Positions 29,256 through 37,023 of a stretch of DNA of 64,000 bases are shown piece after piece. A model generated the notes under the pieces. That model saw only the letters and a program-made list of their open reading frames with translations, searched no databases and was not told the DNA's origin. The DNA is from an uncultured virus (IMG/VR IMGVR_UViG_3300042891_000356) (Duplodnaviria; Heunggongvirae; Uroviricota; Caudoviricetes), in IMG/VR virus record IMGVR_UViG_3300042891_000356. One strand, written 5' to 3'. Both the position numbers and the translations under genes were made by a program. Positions within the stretch are counted from its first letter, which is position 1. The number at the start of each line of letters is the position of its first letter.

Positions 29256-29294
29256 TGATAAATTAGTATAACATGATTATTTAGGTGGAGTCAA
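29256..29294 (-). repeat. copy 2 of the duplicated promoter element
   Basis: TTGACT-N18-TATACT with CCTAAATA; near-identical to 25637-25675. Confidence 0.85.
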
Positions 29295-29297
29295 CTC

Positions 29298-30053
29298 TTA
29301 TTTAAATTTTGTTGCAGAAATTGAAACTACTTTTCTCAACATAGGGAATGTGTCGAGGTTACGGGTACCAAACCAATCAGCCGAAAAAGAATCATGTTTT
29401 TCGTATTTGGTAATTTGCCATCCGTGATAGTACAAGATTACCTCTAAAAATCTTTGATTTGGACAGCACCCTAATGATTTCTTATTATTATCAAATGCAT
29501 TAAACTCAAGATTTGAATCGTGTGTATAATAATATAGCATTGGGCCGTCGGCATTATCGTCTGCTATACTACTTTCAATTATTATATTTTGTACATTACT
29601 ATTTGAAATAGTACGCAATACAAATTCCGGATTGCGTAAATGTTCTAAAACAGTTGACAAAATAACAGTATCAGCTGTATTACATAACTGTTCAAGTAAA
29701 TCAAAATCTTCTATATTGCCTACGATAAAATTATAATTAGGTACTTGCAACTGATTGAAAAAATAATTAGCAACTTCGATTGGTTGTTGCCTAATGTTCA
29801 CTCCTGTTACAGAAGTAGCTCCAAGTTGACTAGCAATATAACACATATATCCAGAATGACATCCCAAATCTAAAATTCGATTGTTAGTAATCATAGATTG
29901 ATTGTTAAGTATTACTGTTTCAAACTTTTTTAATTCGTGACTAGGATAGTTAGACCAGGACTGTGTCCATTCTGACATTGGTATTAATCGATTACAGTGA
30001 TATAAATGCGACATATATTCAAAATATTTTGCATCTGGCAATTTCGTATTCAT
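29298..30053 (-). CDS. class I SAM-dependent methyltransferase
   Basis: ILDLGCHSG motif I, VLEHLRNP. Confidence 0.8.
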   Translation of the reverse strand: MNTKLPDAKYFEYMSHLYHCNRLIPMSEWTQSWSNYPSHELKKFETVILNNQSMITNNRILDLGCHSGYMCYIASQLGATSVTGVNIRQQPIEVANYFFNQLQVPNYNFIVGNIEDFDLLEQLCNTADTVILSTVLEHLRNPEFVLRTISNSNVQNIIIESSIADDNADGPMLYYYTHDSNLEFNAFDNNKKSLGCCPNQRFLEVILYYHGWQITKYEKHDSFSADWFGTRNLDTFPMLRKVVSISATKFK

Positions 30054-30634
30054 AAAATTGTAATCTCTCTTAAATCCGGATATTCAACATATTTAGGCAC
30101 TTGGTTTACTGAGGGTAATTTTTCTAATGCTTGTTGTGCTTCTTCTATTGTAGGACGATAATGATAGCCAACTTCAAATACCTTTTGACTTTGCCACGGT
30201 GTTATCTTTAGGTCTCTGCCATCACTACGTTGACGTATTAAGGACTCATATACCCGTTGATCGTCTAGTAGTATCGCACCGCCACGACCAATGTCTAACG
30301 GTTTGCTGTAGCCAAAGCTCAAACACTGCATCTGTCCTTGACGATACATACCTGTACGTAGCAATCTTGCACTATCCCATATCCGTGTACCAAGTATAGG
30401 ATATTCTCCAACCCATTCGTTATCACCTATTAAACCATACGAAATGTCTAATTTATGCATGGTCATTGGCACAGAAAGGTAGGTAAATGCCGTAAATCGA
30501 CATCGTTTTACCTTGTCGTAACGTAGACACAGTTCTAGTGCATGTGTACATGAATCTGTCATAACGACAAAAGGTGCGCCCGTAAGCTCACCCAGTGCTC
30601 TTTCAAATTTATAGATTGGATCAAATGCTGACAT
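30050..30634 (-). CDS. short DegT-like PLP-dependent aminotransferase
   Basis: DSCTHALEL, WDSA, LSFGYSKPL, GGAIL. Confidence 0.8.
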   Translation of the reverse strand: MSAFDPIYKFERALGELTGAPFVVMTDSCTHALELCLRYDKVKRCRFTAFTYLSVPMTMHKLDISYGLIGDNEWVGEYPILGTRIWDSARLLRTGMYRQGQMQCLSFGYSKPLDIGRGGAILLDDQRVYESLIRQRSDGRDLKITPWQSQKVFEVGYHYRPTIEEAQQALEKLPSVNQVPKYVEYPDLREITIL

Positions 30635-31731
30635 TACTTAATATTCTTTAATAGTCCGGTTGCTGAAAAGAAATCATGATGTAGACTACGTGCTTGCTGT
30701 GGAACTAACTTAGCGTATTCATCATAGTCAGTCATGAACTCTACAATCTTATCGCATAGTGCTTGCTTATTATGTAAGAAACTACTGTAGGATTCAGTCC
30801 ACTCACTAGGATACTTCCAAATCTCAGCATACATTTCTTTATATGATAGTCTGTCTGGAACCATAGGTATAGCATCTACTAGGGCACCTTCATACATACT
30901 AATGCCTAGAGTTTCTTGTAGGTTAGCACTAAACACCAACTTAGCTTCGCCTAGTAAAGTATGGTATGCTTCTTTAGTTAGGTTCTGCTCTTGACATACA
31001 ATCCATTCGTATTGTGGTAATGCAGCCGCTAGGTCTTTAAATATCTCAACCTGCTTCTCTGGTGCTATACGATGCGGGAACAAGATTAGGTCACGCTTCT
31101 CAGTCTTAAACGGACTAATAGTCTTGGGCATATATTCCATAGGCCAACCTGTGCGCACAATCTTATCTGTCAAGGTACCTGCACGTAGTTCTGCCAAGTC
31201 CTCATCAAACCAAGGATTTTCGCTAGGGTAATCATTTAATAGATTAGTAAAGAACATCTCGATATGAAAGTTAGTAGCAAAGTAGTTATAGTCAACGGCA
31301 TGAAAGAAACTCTTTTCTGCGTGACGTACCCACGGAGCATTACCAATTAGACGACCTAAGAAGTCCTGTGGATCATAACTGCCAGCATGCCACAATGCGT
31401 GAATAGTCACAGGAATCTGTAACAGTTCGCTCATGTACTTTAAGTTAATAATACCAGGATGCCAAGCATCAGTAAAGATGAAGTGATCACCTTTATGAAT
31501 CTGACCTTCAGTGAATAGTCTAGCCATTTGCTCAACCTGTGCGGCTTTGTAAATGTTAGTACCACCAAAGTTAAGGAAAGCGCCGGGAGTAGTAGCACTA
31601 GGAATATCATGAGGGCCACTAATTACAAATACTTCGTGCCCATGATCTTCAAGCAATGTAGGTACATGAGTCTTCCATTGACCTGTGTACCTTGTATCTA
31701 CCGCTTCTAAATCAACGATGTAGACAGTCAT
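30634..31731 (-). CDS. GT-B (GT4-like) glycosyltransferase
   Basis: HRIAPEKQ, QETLGISMYEG (ExxG...E), HAGSYD; start MTVY at 31731. Confidence 0.8.
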   Translation of the reverse strand: MTVYIVDLEAVDTRYTGQWKTHVPTLLEDHGHEVFVISGPHDIPSATTPGAFLNFGGTNIYKAAQVEQMARLFTEGQIHKGDHFIFTDAWHPGIINLKYMSELLQIPVTIHALWHAGSYDPQDFLGRLIGNAPWVRHAEKSFFHAVDYNYFATNFHIEMFFTNLLNDYPSENPWFDEDLAELRAGTLTDKIVRTGWPMEYMPKTISPFKTEKRDLILFPHRIAPEKQVEIFKDLAAALPQYEWIVCQEQNLTKEAYHTLLGEAKLVFSANLQETLGISMYEGALVDAIPMVPDRLSYKEMYAEIWKYPSEWTESYSSFLHNKQALCDKIVEFMTDYDEYAKLVPQQARSLHHDFFSATGLLKNIK

Positions 31732-31732
31732 A

Positions 31733-31963
31733 CTATCTACGTCCTTGATAACCCTGCGTTTGTCCTTGCTGTTGACGCCATTGTTCGCGACGTTTGCGTT
31801 TTTCCTGCCATTCTTTGTACGCAGGGCTAACATATAAATCAGCCTCATCATACTTGATCATGTGGAAACGACAGTAGTTGCACCATGCATCTAAATCGTT
31901 GTAGATTTGTCTTACTTCAGGCTTCATAGTAAGATACTTTTTAAGCCAAACTGGATTTGCCAC
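31733..31963 (-). CDS. hypothetical protein
   Basis: 76 aa, AGGAG RBS; FDEADLY-like motif. Confidence 0.65.
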   Translation of the reverse strand: MANPVWLKKYLTMKPEVRQIYNDLDAWCNYCRFHMIKYDEADLYVSPAYKEWQEKRKRREQWRQQQGQTQGYQGRR

Positions 31964-31975
31964 GGAAAATTCTCC

Positions 31976-32419
31976 TTAAATAGTGACAGACTGCATAGGA
32001 CGAGTACTATTGTACTCAACGGAACATCCATTCTCGCCATCTTCGGATACTTCTATCCAAACATCGCGATTGGGATACTTTGTAGCGATTTGCATATACA
32101 AATCATCTGATATCATTTCACAACTCTTATAATTTAACTGTAAAATATTACTTATGTATAAGTTTACCAACCATCGTTTAAATTGGATAAATTCGATTTC
32201 TCTATCATCATGGAACACATCAATGGCGACCCTAAAATGAAAAATATGACGATGAGGACTAGCAAGAAACGAAACATCGTATTCATCTCCAGTGGCAAGT
32301 TGTGGATTGTTAGCGGCATCTGGATAACAGTGAATACCTTCTTTAGTAAACGTTACCCAGATCTTTTTTTGTGCTGAATTAATAATTCTATCTATTTTTT
32401 CACGTTCTGCTTGTATCAT
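31976..32419 (-). CDS. QueD-paralogous T-fold protein, DpdL-like (putative CDG decarboxylase)
   Basis: EGIH, LASPHRHIF (LxxxHRHxF in place of QueD CxxxHGH), IEF, SCE, EDGENG. Confidence 0.65.
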   Translation of the reverse strand: MIQAEREKIDRIINSAQKKIWVTFTKEGIHCYPDAANNPQLATGDEYDVSFLASPHRHIFHFRVAIDVFHDDREIEFIQFKRWLVNLYISNILQLNYKSCEMISDDLYMQIATKYPNRDVWIEVSEDGENGCSVEYNSTRPMQSVTI

Positions 32420-32943
32420 TTAATAATCTCATCTTTACCATATTGATCCCAATTAGTAAACTTTGTTTCATCTAATAGGGTACTAAGTTTATGACACCAT
32501 ACACCTGGGTTTGTAGCCGCAAAGTCTACATCGTCTAACTTAATTGTAGCATTATATCCTAGCTGTTGTAAATAGGGCAATTTTACCGAAATCTGTGGAA
32601 TAAATCTACGTTTCTCTGTAAGCCCACTTTCAAGTAGTCCCTCTACATCGCGTACATCAAAATCTAAAGTACACCAATATCCTGCTTCTAAACATACATA
32701 GATCATATCTTCCCACGGACGCCATGTTTCAACATCATTAGTTCCATTAGGTTTAAAACTTTGATTGGCACCAAAGTAGATGTGTGTGCAATAGTGCTCA
32801 CCAGCTAACTCTAATATACTATGAGGTTCGTGGACACCTACTACAAATAATGTCTTCATTCCGTATGCAGGTGTACGCTCAATTTCGTCACCTACAAAAA
32901 ATGTAATTGCTTCTGCTGTGCCGGATGTATAATCACGTTTCAT
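32416..32943 (-). CDS. conserved hypothetical protein in the dpd cluster
   Basis: 175 aa; TLFV, HIYFGANQSF, KLDD, NPGVW; coupled to both neighbours. Confidence 0.7.
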   Translation of the reverse strand: MKRDYTSGTAEAITFFVGDEIERTPAYGMKTLFVVGVHEPHSILELAGEHYCTHIYFGANQSFKPNGTNDVETWRPWEDMIYVCLEAGYWCTLDFDVRDVEGLLESGLTEKRRFIPQISVKLPYLQQLGYNATIKLDDVDFAATNPGVWCHKLSTLLDETKFTNWDQYGKDEIIK

Positions 32944-33128
32944 TGTTGTGCCTTAAGTTTTGTTTTTGCTTCTACGATTTGACGTTTGATTATTAATTTT
33001 TCTAACTTCATTTTGCCTAGATGTGCATCATCTAAATAATGAGTATATCCTTCAGCAATTTGTTGTTTGATTACACGGTGTTTTTCTTCTAACTGTGCAA
33101 TATGATGAGGTAAATTGTCTGCGTCCAT
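32940..33128 (-). CDS. DUF465-like small coiled-coil protein
   Basis: LEEKH...KLEKLIIK pattern. Confidence 0.55.
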   Translation of the reverse strand: MDADNLPHHIAQLEEKHRVIKQQIAEGYTHYLDDAHLGKMKLEKLIIKRQIVEAKTKLKAQQ

Positions 33129-33129
33129 A

Positions 33130-34767
33130 CTAGTCCTCCAATCCTGCTTCTAAGTTATCTAAGTTACCTTCGTCTAATCCGCTGTCATCTATATGATGTT
33201 CTTCAACTTCTTCAGTTTCAAACAAGTCATTAAACATAGTGCTAGCATTAACAGTTTTCTTACCAGTGGCACCACGAGTGCCAATAATCTGCATCCAAAA
33301 CTTACTGTGATCTTCGATGATCTGCTCTGCTTCTGCACGTGTACCTGCAGCAAAAATACTATCTACTACATCTTTAAAGTATACACGATCAAAAGACTCT
33401 TGTACAAGCATTTTTGGTATTACACCTTGATCATACTGACGGTTGGCTTCTTGTACACTATTTAAATGACTCCACACGTTATGCCCCATCTGGATAGCAT
33501 AAGCAAAGCTATCCCATGAAGTTTTACCAACTTTGTTAATCTTATTAAGTGCAGGTGGAGTAGTGTAATGATTTTGATTAGTTACATCAAATGGTTCACC
33601 GTTTAATTCTGCAGCAGTTTTGCGTACACCATCGTGATAAACACAAACATCATTGATTTGTATACGTGAACTAATCGGGCTATCTGTAAAGTTCTTAAAG
33701 ATTCCGTCTTGTAGTACAGCATCACTAAACTTACGTGTATCAAGTGCGTACTTTTTATTGTCTACACTTGGAACCATACGATATACCCATTTCTTACGGT
33801 CTTCAATTTCAGTTTGAATGTAGATCTGACCGTTAGCTGATGCTAAGAATGGACTTGCGCAGTCAAATGATATAGTAAATGCAGGGTTGACATATTTTCT
33901 AACAGCACGTTGAATATCAGTTAACAAGCATGCCCACTCTAGCTTACTTGTACCCAAGAAGTGCATCCAATCATGAATGCCTTCTACTAGTAACCCATCA
34001 TAGCGCATAGCTACTAGACGTTTTAGAACTAAGTGTACATCACACATGTTCTGTCCACCCATAGCCCAACCATTAAAATGCTTGCCTGGATATTGTTTAG
34101 GATCGCAGTACTTCTTCATACGATCATACCAATCGTCTGCGTCTGCATGATTCTCACCCTGTAGAACATTTAAGAACTTACAAGCACCTGTACGATTGTT
34201 AATAAACCAATCATTATTGATATACGTACCTTCTACGGCTTCATCATAGGTGTTAATACCTGTAGCCTTACGACCTGCCGGACTACGAGCTACCCAAGCT
34301 GGAATATCTAAACACATACCATAATCCATGTATGCGTCCATCCAAGTAAGAACTAACTCACGTTTCTTCTGTGCTTTAGGACAGTTAGGATTCTTCCAAT
34401 CACCTTCCCAAACCCCCTTACCGATCTGGAAACCTCCAGAGTCACCAAGGATAAAGCTACGTGTACGATCTCTATTACGCACCATATCTTCTTTAGGACT
34501 GTGTTTGTTTACATCTAACTCTGCGTGACCTGCTGAGTATAAACTCCAATGATAGGGAAAATATGCCGCGTCTGGGTTAAGCCAATTAAGTCCTTCAATA
34601 CCATTTTCAAAGTTTGCAGGTATACGAGTACTTTCAACATAGGTATTACCGTTAGCATCTGGATAACGTTGCTTGCCTACATAGGTAGCATAAAAGCCTG
34701 ACAGTGCAGGTAAAAAGACAGCATAGTCTTTTTGTTTACTGGTTAAATTATCTATTTCATGTGCCAC
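33130..34767 (-). CDS. tRNA-guanine transglycosylase-fold protein, DpdA-like DNA base-exchange enzyme
   Basis: GDSGGFQ, MCLDIP, NVLQG, WAMGG, HFLG, SFDCASPF TGT motifs; context with folE/queD/queE. Confidence 0.8.
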   Translation of the reverse strand: MAHEIDNLTSKQKDYAVFLPALSGFYATYVGKQRYPDANGNTYVESTRIPANFENGIEGLNWLNPDAAYFPYHWSLYSAGHAELDVNKHSPKEDMVRNRDRTRSFILGDSGGFQIGKGVWEGDWKNPNCPKAQKKRELVLTWMDAYMDYGMCLDIPAWVARSPAGRKATGINTYDEAVEGTYINNDWFINNRTGACKFLNVLQGENHADADDWYDRMKKYCDPKQYPGKHFNGWAMGGQNMCDVHLVLKRLVAMRYDGLLVEGIHDWMHFLGTSKLEWACLLTDIQRAVRKYVNPAFTISFDCASPFLASANGQIYIQTEIEDRKKWVYRMVPSVDNKKYALDTRKFSDAVLQDGIFKNFTDSPISSRIQINDVCVYHDGVRKTAAELNGEPFDVTNQNHYTTPPALNKINKVGKTSWDSFAYAIQMGHNVWSHLNSVQEANRQYDQGVIPKMLVQESFDRVYFKDVVDSIFAAGTRAEAEQIIEDHSKFWMQIIGTRGATGKKTVNASTMFNDLFETEEVEEHHIDDSGLDEGNLDNLEAGLED

Positions 34768-35098
34768 TTTTTTCTTCCTCGTAGACCAACGCTTCTATCA
34801 TCTTAAACTGTTCGTAAGCTGATTTGAGTGTGGGGTATTTTGCCATCTTAGCCTTAAGCTCATCTTCTTCACGCATCTTAAGTCCTGCCCATCGCAGAAC
34901 TTCGTCAGCTTCGTAACTCATTCCAACACTAACATTCTGACTTATGTTAATCCAACTGCCACCATCAAACACTTCCATCTGTTGCGTCATGGTATTGTAA
35001 CGCACATTACCAGCACTCTGTCCGTTGTTGCCAACGTACGGAGCACTGTATGAGCTAGAAGTCAAGAACGGACTAGACACTGTCAGGTTGTTAATCAT
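34757..35098 (-). CDS. hypothetical protein
   Basis: 113 aa; VRYN...EVFDG..W motif. Confidence 0.65.
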   Translation of the reverse strand: MINNLTVSSPFLTSSSYSAPYVGNNGQSAGNVRYNTMTQQMEVFDGGSWINISQNVSVGMSYEADEVLRWAGLKMREEDELKAKMAKYPTLKSAYEQFKMIEALVYEEEKSGT

Positions 35099-35829
35099 TA
35101 TTTGCTTTGTGCCGGTAAGATGTAGTTGTAAGTTGCCATACCGCTATCAACAGTAATCTGTGCCGCGCCTTCATCACTAATACGGAATGTTTTGTCACCT
35201 GGCAAGTTAAGAATACTAATAACTGCCGCAACTGGCCATGACCAACCTTTGGTTAACGTACCAGCAATATCACTTTGGAATACAAAGTTACCTGCATGGC
35301 TACTGTGATCACCAAAGAACAATTTTAAGTCTGTGCCTTCTGTTTTAGCAGTAAACGTAGTTTCGTCACTGTTAGCACTTGCTTGGAATTTCAAACGTAA
35401 AATGTTAGCAACAGTTGGTTGGAATTCAACATTCCATCTAACACCTTTGAACTTGACTGTTTTAAGTTTATCGTTAACAATTTCTGAACTCATAAAACGA
35501 TAGTCGTTTTTAAAGTCGCCTGCTTTGTTTTCAAAATGCAAGCCTACCGGAACTGACTCACCATTGCGATCTTGTCTAGTTAATGAAATCTTAGCATCGT
35601 CTTTGTATTCTGGAATGTTAAGGATAGTGTTTAGTTTGCCCAAGTTTGGCATACCAAATGTACCAACAAATTCTGGCACTGGATTGTTTACTTTTGCCTG
35701 TACAATAACTGAACGATCTTCAGCAATTGCTTCGATACTTGTTTCTGTATCTGTGCCTGTTACCTTAACTAGGTCAATAATACCTAGCCCATAAGTATTT
35801 TTAACAATGTCTAATAAATGATCACGCAT
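35098..35829 (-). CDS. sliding clamp (gp45-like) DNA polymerase accessory protein
   Basis: 243 aa, beta-rich, FGMPNL and DYRFM motifs; near the family-B polymerase. Confidence 0.6.
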   Translation of the reverse strand: MRDHLLDIVKNTYGLGIIDLVKVTGTDTETSIEAIAEDRSVIVQAKVNNPVPEFVGTFGMPNLGKLNTILNIPEYKDDAKISLTRQDRNGESVPVGLHFENKAGDFKNDYRFMSSEIVNDKLKTVKFKGVRWNVEFQPTVANILRLKFQASANSDETTFTAKTEGTDLKLFFGDHSSHAGNFVFQSDIAGTLTKGWSWPVAAVISILNLPGDKTFRISDEGAAQITVDSGMATYNYILPAQSK

Positions 35830-35858
35830 GTAGTTCTCCTAATAAAGTGTTATAATGT

Positions 35859-35887
35859 ATTGTATATGATGTATTTAGAAAATGCAA
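35859..35887 (-). promoter_or_regulatory. sigma70-like promoter with nested CTAAATA
   Basis: TTGCAT-N17-TACAAT with CTAAATA in the spacer. Confidence 0.55.
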
Positions 35888-35901
35888 CAGATATGGTAAA
35901 A

Positions 35902-37023
35902 TTATTTTTCAACAATTGCACCTAATACCTGATGCGCTTTTGATGTAGCAAGTACTCCGGGTTTTTGGGCGTTTATTAAAAAATTACATTCCCAATTAAT
36001 ATCAGGTGAAATTAAATCAACAATTGAACTAATTTCGTAACCATGATATTCAAATAATTTTTGTAGAACTGTGGTAGACGTGTATTTGAAATATTCTTGT
36101 TCAATTAATGTATCAGAACACGGATGGGTAGTTCTTACTGTGCATATTAATTTGCCGCCAGGTCTCAATAATTTAATAAATGTAGTGAGATAATTGTTAA
36201 TAATATTAACATCGAAAAAATTTAAAAAGTTACAACAAGAAATAATCCCAAATTGTTCTTGTGGTAATGCAGAATAATCTTCAGCTTGTATATCATATAT
36301 ACGTAGTCGGCGTTGATATTCTTTAGGATAATCAATAATTATAGTTGCAACTGAAACATCACTTATATAAACCTTATCTACATGATTTATGAGATATAGT
36401 GGATCTGATGCTACCATACAATCGATCCAATTTTTTGATACGGGATTGATTTGCAATGCAGGATAATGCCAATCACACTGCGCCCTAATATTTGTTAATA
36501 TTATGTCTAATATGTTGTCGTTGGTATCACCACAGCCCTTAGGTAAATATGTTTTTAAAAATGTTTCTAAATATTCTAAAGAATCACACAACTTATAAAT
36601 TTTATCTAAGGTAATTAATTTAGTTAATTCTATAGAGCTAGCATTGATATCTGTTTCAATTTTATCAATTATTGTTTTTATTAAATTAATACTTTGTTCT
36701 GTATTTGTTTTATTTTCATTCTTAAAGTTAGTAACACTTTCTTTAGTTATTCGACGACTTTCGTTAATCAGTCGTTGACTTTCTTTAGCCAGACGTTGAC
36801 TTTCTTTATATTTAATTTGTATATCTTTAGCTGCATTTTTAAAATTTGTCTTAGTTTTTAGACAATGATTTTGATGTTGTTTAGCGATAACCTGCACCTT
36901 GCCAACATAGTCAGACGTGCCACTAATAGTTTTTATATTAGATACTTCAAAATTATTAGTCAAGTGAACTAACGTATCGCGAAGGGCGATTAGTTCATCT
37001 AATTTTTTCTGTAGATCATTCAT
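35902..37023 (-). CDS. coiled-coil + methyltransferase-like protein
   Basis: N-terminal heptad repeats (KESQRLA/KESQRLI); C-terminal LPQEQFG, LLRPGG. Confidence 0.55.
   Translation of the reverse strand: MNDLQKKLDELIALRDTLVHLTNNFEVSNIKTISGTSDYVGKVQVIAKQHQNHCLKTKTNFKNAAKDIQIKYKESQRLAKESQRLINESRRITKESVTNFKNENKTNTEQSINLIKTIIDKIETDINASSIELTKLITLDKIYKLCDSLEYLETFLKTYLPKGCGDTNDNILDIILTNIRAQCDWHYPALQINPVSKNWIDCMVASDPLYLINHVDKVYISDVSVATIIIDYPKEYQRRLRIYDIQAEDYSALPQEQFGIISCCNFLNFFDVNIINNYLTTFIKLLRPGGKLICTVRTTHPCSDTLIEQEYFKYTSTTVLQKLFEYHGYEISSIVDLISPDINWECNFLINAQKPGVLATSKAHQVLGAIVEK

Noticed and set aside
30050..30634. Pseudogene status for the short DegT-like gene
   Set aside because: It keeps the PLP Asp/Lys motifs, has clean coupling overlaps at both ends and shows no frameshifted remainder.
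33130..34767. Canonical tRNA-modifying Tgt
   Set aside because: It lacks the C-terminal CxCxxC zinc motif of bacterial Tgt, is much longer, and sits by the clamp and polymerase. A DNA-acting DpdA-like role is preferred but unproven.
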